Assembly (NCBI GenBank): GCA_964199315.1
Contig: OZ116701.1
Span: forward strand, 21,018,001 to 21,082,000
From: Orbicella franksi
Taxonomy: Eukaryota
Length of the DNA stretch: 64,000 nt
Reading direction: 5' to 3'
Shown: positions 1-10,506 of the stretch, one piece after another
Layout of the letters: each line of letters opens with the position of its first letter
Numbering within the stretch: position 1 is the stretch's first letter
Made by a program: the position numbers and the translations under genes
The notes under the pieces: generated by a model
Database searches by the model: none
What the model saw: the letters and a program-made list of their open reading frames with translations, nothing else
Told to the model about the DNA's origin: nothing

Positions 1-2289
1 TAGTTCTGTTGGAACCAATCAAGTGATCCCCAGATGAATTGGTGTTAGTTATCATCCTTCGCCTTATTAGAGATCCTCGTCTTCAGGCTATAGAAGTGAC
101 ATTAGCTTCTCGCTGCTTATGGTGTGATGACTGTTCTCGAGCTTCTGTTTATCTCATGCTGTTCATGTTTAGAAAAGGAAGGAGAGAATCGTGTCACTTT
201 GTAACATCAGTTAAACCGCGAAGGAAACGAGTCAAACCAATGTTAATTATGAGTCACGGTCATGACACGATGTTAGTTTCTTTTATATTCGCTGCAACAC
301 AAAAAGACAAATGTCGTTGATATATTATTGCATTTTTAAAGGTAAGCCAGATTTATTCTCCCTACACTGCTCTTTCATTTTAAATTATTTATAGGGTTTG
401 TTGTTTTATCTGTTCATTGTTTTGTTACGCATTTCACGGTCGTTTTAAAAATCAAGACCGAGAACTATATCCTGGTGCTGCCGGGCTCGGTTGTTGACTG
501 AATTCCTTCTATCATGCTGGGGAATTAAGGGTCATACTCATTTGTTTCGGAACAAAAGCATCACTTTGTGAATATCAGTATGTTTCAGGAGGAAAAGACT
601 TCACGCGTTTTCTTGCTTTAAACGGTTGTCGAGATTTAGTATTTAGCACATCAGAGATTTTTTCATATCTCCTTTAGGCCATATATATATGACGAGAAAT
701 TGGCTTTGATCTACAAAAATACCTGGTAAACGTCTTATATAATAACATTCTTACCTTTTTGTTGGTGTTAACTTTAAGCATATCTCTGTGGCTGGCCGCC
801 CGCATCATAAATAGAATACTGCTACCAACTGTCAACCTTCAGCAGAGCTTTTTGTGTCGTAGAATATCAATTGTTTCCACCTTACAGCGAACAAACAACG
901 AAGGCAAACAAATTGGCAGATTAAGGAAATCAAGGAGTAGTCAAAACTTAGTTTTCTTTCGCGAGATGTCACGGCAACTAATTTGAAATGACTACTGTTT
1001 ATAATAAAATTTTGAAGACAACTACTCTTGCTAATATCCTTTTTTCAAACCATGAATCGAATGTTTCCAATTTCTGAATAACGAGTTTAAAATCAAAATT
1101 TTACCATGGGTGTGAAAAACGTATTCTCAAATGAAATCCGTTCGCGAGTTTTGACCACGTTTAACCAAAACGAAAATTAATTAGTCAAGAAAAAATCTCA
1201 GTTATTTTTATCCCACACATTTATAATTCCGAACACAGTAAACAAGCGTTGTCATTTTGGCTGTGCTTTGTGCTTCGATATCGTTTCAATTAACATTTTT
1301 AAATGCTGGTGTTTATTCAGCCGTCCCTGTCGTATTCGAACAGAGCAAACTGTCGGCCACCTTCACCAATTTAAAAATTATCATCGATTACTGGAGTTGT
1401 TAATTTGATGGCAAGTTTAGTGAATACACAAATCACTTCAGTACATTCGTTAAACCAAAGAATAAAATCTGCATGAAAAGTTATTCGCATATCAAGTTTC
1501 TGTGATTTTTCATGTCCGATGTTGCTGATTATTTTTTGCAATGTTTGGGTGCTCTGTTGACTCAAAAAATCTAGTTAACAGATGCTATTCAAAACATTTC
1601 ATTTATTTGTCTTATCTTGGTTATTAGACATCCTTTGGTAGACAATCATTTTAAGACAACATGAAAGCGTGGAGACGGTTCTCTTTGTATCTTTAATAAA
1701 AGTACTGCAACTCATTTGAATGTTCAAAGCTCCAGTGCGTATTGGCCGAAAACTCGTTCCCGGGGTCTTTTCCTGACCTCTACAACTGAGAACGAGTGAA
1801 CCATCTACAAAGGTCTTACTTTCCTAAGCTAGATGGAGTGTTAAATGAAAAAAACAAAAAACAAAAAAAAACAACAAAAACCAGCATTTGGAAGAAAACT
1901 ACGAGGGACACAGAACAGATAGGTCCGGTGGTACGAAGAACGTAAAAACAAAAAGCATCGCTTTGTCACGTGTCACTTGAGAGGAGAATAAAATTGCCCA
2001 CAAAAATAGCGAGAAAGTCGATCAAGCCTCGAGCTAGATACTTTGTAATATAGACTGGGGTGTTGATTTGAGCATGCTTCGTAATCAACCGCACTGAAAC
2101 TGAACTAAACTGCACTAAACTACGAGTTACGTATTACGTGTTCGGTCCGACATCCATCAGAGTGCAATTTTCTAATCCCATCAATTGTCTTCATTTTACC
2201 GTGCCCCTTGAAATATCATTTCGGTGTGGTGTCATTGAACTTCTAGTCCAGTCTAGACATTGTAATACATTGTAGGTGTCTAAGCCTCT

Positions 2290-3267
2290 TTAAAGTGGAA
2301 TTTCATCTTGTACAGGCTCGTCCTTCTTCTGTACTGTGTTAACAAGGGTGCATGAGTTGTTTGTTGATTGAATACCTGGAATTTCCATAGCATGCAGATC
2401 ATTCTGAGATTCTTCATTAATGGCGTGAAACCTGAAACAGCACCACTGTACTTTAGCTCTCAGATCAGGCACTGATAACATTACTGTCATGGGAATTAGG
2501 GCAGAACTGCTGTACAGAAGACATCTTAATCCGATTGATGTAGAAAGCTTGTTAAGATCGCAGGAGGTACAGAAGAAGTTCAGAACACTGACAACGTGGT
2601 ATGGCAAGCTTGTAATAAAATATGACGAAAATACGAGAGCCATTGTTTTGCTAATTGCAACGTTATTTTCTTGTGATGGAGTTAACTCGTGTTGAAGCAA
2701 TCTCAGCGGCACCATTAAGAATACAGCACAGGTGACAAGAGCGGGGAATCCAAAAAAGGTAGAGGAAGAGACAACTGCGAGTACTGGCGCCCTAGTGAAA
2801 TAGTATATGACTATCATAATTGATGATAGTGAAGAAGCAGCCAACCAGGGCGAGACGCTTGCTATGTAGGTGATCCGATCTGCTGCCGTGCGATGAATGA
2901 TTGGCCAGCCAATGGCACACGTCCTTTCTGTTGCTATAACAACCAGATGAAGGTTAGCTAGTAATCCATGAAAGACATCAAAACTATGAACACATATTTC
3001 ATTTAGTTCGTCAAGATTCATTGAGGTGTTGTTTTTGTGTTGCACAATTAGAATAAACAACCACAGCGGGATAAAAACAATAGCTATAATGATGTTTGCG
3101 AGAGCTTGACTGGCTAGTAAATGACCAAGCCTTGCAAAACACAATCGATCATCGGGATTGGATGGCTTCCAGGTCAGAACAGTGATGTTGGCTGGTAATG
3201 CAATAATGCTTGTAACACAGAGAAGAACAAAATATATCCAGGTTAAAACAGGATCTAGACTTGCCAT
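2290..3267 (-). CDS. Divergent class A (rhodopsin-like) GPCR, 325 aa, intron-free CDS
   Basis: Seven hydrophobic segments; TM1 PAN (N1.50), TM2 ...IPLW, TM3 DVFHG...IATERTCAIGWP (D3.32, E-R), TM5 FFGFP, TM6 SLPYH, ECL3 CTSC, TM7 YSSSALIP. ATG in accATGG context. Several activation motifs are degenerate (see findings). Confidence 0.9.
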   Translation of the reverse strand: MASLDPVLTWIYFVLLCVTSIIALPANITVLTWKPSNPDDRLCFARLGHLLASQALANIIIAIVFIPLWLFILIVQHKNNTSMNLDELNEICVHSFDVFHGLLANLHLVVIATERTCAIGWPIIHRTAADRITYIASVSPWLAASSLSSIMIVIYYFTRAPVLAVVSSSTFFGFPALVTCAVFLMVPLRLLQHELTPSQENNVAISKTMALVFSSYFITSLPYHVVSVLNFFCTSCDLNKLSTSIGLRCLLYSSSALIPMTVMLSVPDLRAKVQWCCFRFHAINEESQNDLHAMEIPGIQSTNNSCTLVNTVQKKDEPVQDEIPL

Positions 3268-3299
3268 GGTAGGTTTCTTTCACCACTGTCTTCTACTAC

Positions 3300-3321
3300 C
3301 TGAAAGAAATTAAATGGGAAA
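3300..3321 (-). promoter_or_regulatory. 3' splice acceptor of a probable 5'UTR intron of the 2290-3267 GPCR
   Basis: Minus strand reads ttcccatttaatttctttcag|gtagtag, 32 nt before the ATG; a consensus donor ttg|gtaagtat lies at 4989. Confidence 0.6.
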
Positions 3322-3722
3322 CAAAAAGTAAAACGTATTCTTAATTTCTGTGCAATGTTTCGTTAGCTGCAAATGAAACGAAGCGGTTTAACAGGTGGGT
3401 CAACTTCAGATTCAGTTTTGTCCGTTATAAATAAGAACACTTATTGGTGTGACCATATGGATGTATTGCTGCCTGTTAAAACACCAGTCAAAACTTTATG
3501 GATGAGCTCCAGTCACTGCAGGTTCAAGATGAAAAAGGCACCAAACGTCCATAATCCCGGGGCTCCAACGTGTCACGTACCCGCATGTAATACAATCGCA
3601 AAGCCGAGCAAACAACCTCACGAAATGTTCAGAATCCTCAGAATCTCAGTTTTAGCTAGTTTCTCGTAGGGTTGCATAATTTTGATTCCTATTTTTTGCT
3701 TTTCTATTGCTTTTCTATTTTA

Positions 3723-4007
3723 CCAGCAACAATCAGTGAACAAGTAAGAGCTAGGAGATGGAAATGGCCGGGCCATGTCTTGGGAATGTCTTCAGACCAA
3801 AATCCCAAGATAGCACTAACATGGGCACCAGAAGGCAAACGCAGAAGAGGACAGTTAAGTGAGACGGGGCAAAGAACGGTTAACAAGGAGAGAGAACATC
3901 TCTGATTCAAGACATGGAGGGAGGCAGAGGTGGCGGCAAAAAACCGAGTTGTTTGGAGGAGACTGATTGATGGTCCCCTTCTCTGCGAGGGGAGAAGGGG
4001 AAGATGA
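3723..4007 (+). mobile_element. 3' fragment of a non-LTR retrotransposon (RTE-like LINE ORF C-terminus), decayed
   Basis: One frame reads ISEQVRARRWKWPGHVLGMSSDQNPKIALTWAPEGKRRRGQ...L*FKTWREAEVAAKNRVVWRR, matching the RRW.W.GHVLR...W.P.GKR.RGRP...W...A..R..WR pattern of RTE-clade ORF ends; one internal stop. Confidence 0.75.
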
Positions 4008-4145
4008 CGCTTTTAGCACAAATCCAGATCCAACCAATCAAACTCTATTAATCGTACGGCTATCTATATCCTGCGATATCAACTAACATGATTTTGACAA
4101 CTCTGGTTAAAATCTTATTCACGTCGTATTACTGTACAGCTAAAC

Positions 4146-4690
4146 TTAAGGACGGTGTCTACTAGATATAAAGGTCTTTTTGCCAGGTCAGGACCCTGTC
4201 AGAAAATTCGATCTTAGCAAGGTCTATTGCACGCATTTTTCCGAGATAATTAGCCTTGAATCTCTGACAAAAATGCTGACGTCAGCATTTTTCTGAAAAA
4301 GAAGGAAAACATATTTCTTCACACATTTCCTTTGAATTCGTCTTTACATACAGAAAAGCAAACACATCGATATAGATCTTTAAATTACATGATGAATGGT
4401 AACATAAGAACCACTTTTGGTATGTCTGATAACAAAATCGCTGGAATGGCGCTTTTATCGTCCCTGACAGCTCTCCTCTGGCTTACCCAAAAATACAATC
4501 TAAATAACTTTTCCTCACAACCAGAAACTAATCAAGTGTTGAATAGGTTTGCCATTCCATTTCATAACATGAAATGTAGGGGGTAACCACACGTTTTTAA
4601 AAGTTAAATGAGTTGTTTTCATGTTTTTTGAAAAACGATCTAATGATTAAAAATTAGGAGTATTACAGAACTTCTCTACGCGTTTTGAAG
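4146..4690. mobile_element. Partial non-autonomous DNA transposon with a TTAA-GGACG terminus
   Basis: Begins ttaaggacggtgtctacta, sharing the ttaaggacg end of the 7178-7819 MITE; no matching second terminus found; right boundary approximate. Confidence 0.4.
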
Positions 4691-6435
4691 ATGTCAGTTC
4701 TTCGGTTGCTTACCTTCTGAGGAGGCAAAAAAACTTCAACGCTGATATTGTTTTAGGAGAGATTCGCCCATCGCACGCTGAAGGCCAGTGTCCCACCATA
4801 TCTCATCCTGCTTCTGACTGAGTAATATAGGCTCCAACAAATACAACACAAAAGAACTTTAACACAATGGCGATTGCATCTGGGAGAGAAAATCGTTTGA
4901 TTTCGGCGAAAACAGAAGAACAAGGAAAACTATTACATATAATGCTTATGTTGTAAAGGAAATTTTAAAATGATAACAGTGATACTTACCAAATAGATAG
5001 TCTGTGGCTGCACTCACTCTTTTCTCATTGTTTGTTTATATTCTGATACTTTTCCTCTTCTTTGAGTTCTTCAGAGTGGCTTTGTTTAACATCCGTTATT
5101 TGTTTTGCGATCTGATCTGAATGATTTTTCAGGCAAATCTTCTACAGAAACAGATCAGATCTTTGATAATAGAACTTTAAATAAATAATTTCCTTTTCTC
5201 TTAAATACCGATCTTGAAGTAATTCTATTGATACGCATGTTTCACAGCCGGCATAGCGCAAACCGTACTTCACAGTGGCCTAGACTCGTCCAATTAAAAT
5301 AAAATACCTCAAACCACAGGCTATTTAATAACAATACAAACGGCTTCTTGCTAATTGTCTAGATAATGAAGGAGATAGCTTTTACGATGAATGAACGAGC
5401 TAATAAATTAGTCTACCCAAAACTATAGCATAGGTTGCCAATAATTGTATAAATGTAGTCAACACACGTTCGATCACTGTGCAATAGCATGATATGAACT
5501 TGTTATTTACAAATCGAGTGGTCGCTGTAATTTCACACCGTGGAGGGAAAAAGTATTTTCAAGCTACACCTGACAATAATTGAACATGCTTTGAAAATGA
5601 AACATAACTTCATTATATTTATTGTCGCTTTAAATTTAGTTGCTTCAAGTGTGGAAGTTTCTTTAAGTTATGTAGAAGTTGGCTAAACTGAGTCGTATTT
5701 TTCAATTTGTGGTTGGAACACAAGGCAGGTGCCAAACTCACTGTCATTAAAATTATTCAAACATTAGCGCGTCCCGCGTGCAGAGACCGCTGTTGCTGTT
5801 TTCTTCGTAAATAATAATTGACAGAATAAAAAAACATTGCCGATAATAAAGTTATTACAATCGGAGAAAATGGTCTGAAACGTTTATTGTCAGTGTCTGG
5901 AACCAGAAACTGCTGAAATTGCACCTTCTGCTACTCGTTGTTGTAAGATTCTGTTATTATTGGAAGCACGCTTCACCATGTCACCACGTTGGGAGATATT
6001 GGTAGAAAATCAAAGTGGCTATGAGCCACTCAACTTGGAAAATGGATCGTCTGTAAGCAGTGACAATTTTGATGCCACTCACTTAAGGTTTTAATCCGTA
6101 GGTTAAGTTAAAGTTAAAGCCTACAAGCATTGTTAAGAAATAGTGCAAAACGCAACGGTAAGAGAATACACGGGGAGATGTGACACTGTTGAAAACATTC
6201 ATGAAGCTATCGGTCCGAGAGACCGAGTTATCCTCGAGAGACGGAGTTATTATCGAAGAGGCCGAGACAATTATAAAGAAAGTACCGCTTGTCCGATCGC
6301 AAAAGCAAGTAATAATTCTCATTTTCATTGCTGTCAGTTTTTTCGTTCTTTATTTTCCCAGCCAGTATCAGAGATTTTTTTTCTCTCTTTGTTACCTTTT
6401 CTCATCTTAGAAGCTAAAAAAAAATTCGTTCAGCG

Positions 6436-6566
6436 TAGACTCACTACATCACAAGGAGAGCACCACGTCTCGTCCGCTCAACATAGTTAAGCCCTGTTCG
6501 GTGGGGTTCGTACTTGGAGGAGTGACCAAATACGAATACCCCGTGTTGTAATAACTTTTTTTTTCT
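6436..6566 (+). rRNA. 5S rRNA-derived sequence (pseudogene or SINE3-type head) with oligo-T terminator; not a canonical 5S gene
   Basis: Collinear 5S blocks: ctcgtccg, agttaagc (box A), gtacttggaggagtgacc (box C region), gaatacc.cgtgttgta; T-run at 6556. Helix I cannot form. Confidence 0.75.
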
Positions 6567-7177
6567 TCTTTTCTTTTTTCGTTCCCTTTCCAAGGCGATA
6601 TTAAAGACTGTAGAACTCCCAGCCTTGTGGAATGTCGTTTCTTTTATTTATCAACGATTTGTTCCTCATTTCGCCATGTCCATGTCCAAATTTTCCGACG
6701 AGCATCCGTGACCTTTTCATATGGGGCTCCCCCCCGGGGTTTCAATTGTCTAACAGGAAGTGAAGGAGTGAAGGAGTGGTGGAGTGAAATCGCTTCACCA
6801 CTACAACTTGGAAAATAATATTTTCCAAGTTAAAAAGGAAAGAAAAATTACAATTATGCTCTGATACGAATGGTATTCTCCAAAAATATGAAAGAATGTT
6901 AAGCTGTTACTACAAAAACAGCAACAAAGTGCGGAACTTGGAGAATTATATTTATATTTAGAGTAATGTATATCATATGTATTTATGCAAACATAAACCA
7001 TATAGTGATAACAGGAAACTCCCAGCTTTTAATAATTTTGGTACTTAGATTGTTACTCTACAGATATGTCGTTACGACACATTTACAAGATTTTAAATAA
7101 TTCTATGTTAGTGCACTATTGAACAAAAATAAATTACGTGTATCTATGACAACCTTATTTGTGGTTCCACAACCAGA

Positions 7178-7819
7178 TTTAGGATGTTCGCGCTAATTGT
7201 TTCTGCGCATCCTTACTGCGAAAGCAAATTCACACGCATCGATGCGCGCGCTAAGTAATAAAATGAACAATGATAGGGCAGATGGCCATTGCTATAGCTT
7301 TGCTTGGATTTAACGATCTTGGACGTTCAGTGACCCCTATTTTTCTTTTGATGGATCATTTTCTTTACCGATTTTCTACGTTTAGCGAAAATATGAACAA
7401 ACTCTATCGATTAGAGGTTTGAATTTTTTGCAAAATGCACCATCAAATTCCGTTATTTTTAGCTCCTCGTTCATCTGTGCGGCGGTTACAAATGCCTCTC
7501 GAGGGGTTAAGTTTTGTGAAAACGTTGGCAACATTTAGAATTATTTACGCAACAGACCCACTTCTACAAAATGTGACAAAGATCGTTTACCTCCGTCGAC
7601 TCACCTTCGATATTTTTAACTATAAACCCCTGTAGACCATGGTAAATTACGAGCGCCAATTTTTCAAAATCAGGGTAGTTTTACAAACGCTTTATCTCTG
7701 CAACGAAATCGGTGACCCCAATTTTTTTGCATTTCTGACATAAGTAACTCATTATCTGACGGCAGTAAAAATCTGAAAAATTTCTATTGACTGGGAATTT
7801 TCGCGGGAACGTCCTTAAG
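7178..7819. mobile_element. MITE with degenerate TTAA-flanked terminal inverted repeats (Kolobok/piggyBac-like target)
   Basis: Left tttaggatgttcgcg versus reverse complement of right end cttaaggacgttcccgcga; no ORF. Confidence 0.55.
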
Positions 7820-8778
7820 AAACATCTTAAGCAGATTTTCAAACCTGCCCTTCATCCATTATATGATATGATTGAAATGATAGGTTTTAAAGAGTTGGCA
7901 AAATTTGTCTTACTTTGTAATAATAATGACATAGTCTCAGGTGTAGAATTGATCACCGTTGAACTCCTCTATCCTAGCAAAGGAGAGCTGTTTCCTCCTT
8001 ATTATGCAAGTCCTATTAAAGGCTTCTTGACGTTCAGGGGAGAAATCTAACTCGAGGTTGCTTATGTATGATTAATATTGAAAGACGCATCAGAGCTGTT
8101 AGACTACCCAACCTTCGATTAAACTTAACTAACAGCATAAAACATAAAAAAAAATTTTCAGTTTTTTTACGCCTATACGCTTTATTATTTGTATTGATAG
8201 CAAGTCCGTCATGTTAATCCAAATGACGCGACAGCCTAAATAACAGCCAGTCTATGATAAGCCACTCCATGATCACAGGGTGGTGTGCAGAGCAAAAAAC
8301 ACTGCATAGTTCTTTCGCTAATCGATTTATTGTTATAACGTTTTATTGTTGGTAGATTTATTGTTATATTATGTTTATGGCACAAGGGATATCTGAGAAT
8401 ATCCTCTACTTTTCACGTGTTTTTTTTTCAGTGTTCGTCAACCGATTATTGTTAAGAATAGAACTGAATGTTTTAAACAAGGCTATTGGGTTTAGTTGAA
8501 CCACGACAAAATTACTTTGGCCTATTAATAGGGATTTCTCAAAACAGGGTGGGGCGGCGATACTAGACCTTCCATTAGGTTAGAAAGATGTGCATAGATT
8601 CAGTGGACAGCGTGTGTTTCTCGAAGTACCAATGAGGTTTTCCGCGACGTTCGCAATCGGAAAGCTAATCCCCGCGATAATATAATAATCCACGCATATT
8701 TTCGCGTACAATGGAAAACTGTATTTTTATCTTTTTTGACCCTTTCGTGTAATGAGTGCATTTTCCGTTCAGCTGCTA

Positions 8779-9879
8779 TCAAATCCCTCCCACAATCGCA
8801 GTCTTTTCCGAATCATTTCCATTTGTAGTAACAGCACGTGGTTCATTTCCACTATAACTGCTCGTCCGCTGATCATTAATGTCTGACAGTTCAACATCTC
8901 GGCGTCGAGAACTTGTTCTCCTAAGTGTTTGTCGCTCTATCGAATGCCGATAGAAAGATGTTGTAAATCTTCTTTCCTTGAGAAGAATGGTGATTGGTCG
9001 TCGAAATTCAGGCATGCGTGCAGAGTACACAGCAGGATTTAATGCGGATCCACTGTAATGCAGCGCTTTGAATAATAAAACAACTTGCAACGGCACTGCT
9101 GCTGCGCAACTTGTGCAGGAGAAGAGCACTAAATTAAGACTGAAAAATGGCAACCATGTGACGAGGAAAAGAAGGATAAGAGCAAAGACTGTGAGCGCTG
9201 TACGGCTCTCTCTTTTGACAACTCGAGCTCTGTTGCGCGGTATCTTTGTCTTATGTTTTATGATGATACAAATCGACGTGTAAGCGAAGAAAATCACAGA
9301 GAAAGGTATAAAGAAGCCAAGCGTGGAATAAATGAGGAACGTGCCTTTCCATTCGGGGCCTTTCGGTATGAAGAAGTTAAGAGAGGCAATACCAGCGGCC
9401 ATTAACCACACTGTTGCCAAGATTACGAAGTTGATGCGGGCGGATGTAGTGCGATGACGCAATGGGAAGGCAATGGCGTACACTCGCTCAACGCTGATTG
9501 TCATCAACTGGAGAATAGAGAGCATTCCAGAGAGAATATCCATCGGGCTGAATATTTTTCGCACAAAGCTTGCTGGCTTGAAGTTCTGATTGAACAGTAG
9601 AATAAGCAAAGTCACATACAATGGAATCGTTACGGTGCCCACCAAAATATCACCGAGTGCCAGGCCAATCACAAAATAATTGGTCCTTGTCCTTAAGTTT
9701 CGCTTCTTTGAAAACACCAATATAATGAGGACGTTCCCACATATGGCGAAAGTGGCGAGAATCAAGTACACCACACACCATAATATCAGGTATTGTAATT
9801 CGATGAAAGGAGGCGGGGAACCCGAATAGACAGCTGTGGGACCACTTGAGTTGGTGCTGTTTGAATTGTTAGACGCCAT
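8779..9879 (-). CDS. Class A GPCR, aminergic/adenosine-receptor-like, 366 aa, intron-free CDS
   Basis: GN (TM1), LALGD (D2.50), D3.32, ISVERVY, FFIP, TWLPFF, ECL3 CTSC, KALHYSGSALNPAVY; N-glycosylation sequons in N-terminus (NNSNSTNSS). The ORF track start at 9918 is a TTG inside the predicted intron; first ATG is 9879 (gaaATGG). Confidence 0.95.
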   Translation of the reverse strand: MASNNSNSTNSSGPTAVYSGSPPPFIELQYLILWCVVYLILATFAICGNVLIILVFSKKRNLRTRTNYFVIGLALGDILVGTVTIPLYVTLLILLFNQNFKPASFVRKIFSPMDILSGMLSILQLMTISVERVYAIAFPLRHRTTSARINFVILATVWLMAAGIASLNFFIPKGPEWKGTFLIYSTLGFFIPFSVIFFAYTSICIIIKHKTKIPRNRARVVKRESRTALTVFALILLFLVTWLPFFSLNLVLFSCTSCAAAVPLQVVLLFKALHYSGSALNPAVYSARMPEFRRPITILLKERRFTTSFYRHSIERQTLRRTSSRRRDVELSDINDQRTSSYSGNEPRAVTTNGNDSEKTAIVGGI

Positions 9880-9896
9880 TTCCTGTGGTGTGAGAC

Positions 9897-9927
9897 CTGT
9901 AGTGTGAGAATTAATCAAATAGTTAGG
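9897..9927 (-). promoter_or_regulatory. Branch point and 3' splice acceptor of a probable 5'UTR intron of the 8779-9879 GPCR
   Basis: Minus strand cctaactatttgattaattctcacactacag|gtctc, 17 nt before ATG; candidate donor gag|gtaaga at 10016 (120-nt intron). Confidence 0.55.
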
Positions 9928-10392
9928 AAAGGGCTGTTCCTTATGCAGGCTTTTTGACCCGTACTGTCATCATGGGACGAAGTGCTGTTACTAGACCGTT
10001 TTTAGATCATTCTTACCTCTATGGCCCCGGCTTATCGTGAAAGCATTATAATAGCTGAGTGGCAGTATACAAATGACCATGAACTAGCGATATAGGATGA
10101 CTTTTCACCCATACAGCAAGGGAAACCTTCAACATTCCTTAACAAAACTGCAGTGCACGTGGAGAGTAAAACTATTTAAGCACTCGTATTTCGTGATAGA
10201 ATAAGCAAACTCCAGTTGCTATAGACAGCTGCAGTTGTCTTTTACCTGTTTTTACTTCAGTGAACTTACTCGGTTTTCAGCGCAGTTTCCTTTCAGATTT
10301 GTACAATGGATGCTATGTTCAGCTCCGCAATAATTTGGCTTCCTTTAGTTAATATGAACCGTTTTCTAGAGATTAGCTTTCTTTAACAGGTT

Positions 10393-10506
10393 GGTTCTCA
10401 CTAGCGCATGAACATAAACTGAAATGCGCAGACGCAGTAAGGTGAAGGTGTTACTTAGCAGCGCTCTACTGCGTCTGCGCATGTTACTTATGCGTTTGTG
10501 AAAACC
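10393..10506. mobile_element. Small fold-back element (~115 bp)
   Basis: Perfect 16-bp inverted repeat atgcgcagacgcagta (10424-10439) / tactgcgtctgcgcat (10467-10482) inside imperfect outer arms ggttctcactagcgcat / atgcgtttgtgaaaacc. Confidence 0.65.

Noticed and set aside
8779-9879. Opsin identity because of a TM7 lysine
   Set aside because: The Lys is at 7.39; position 7.43 (retinal-binding Lys in opsins) is Tyr or Phe in all copies.
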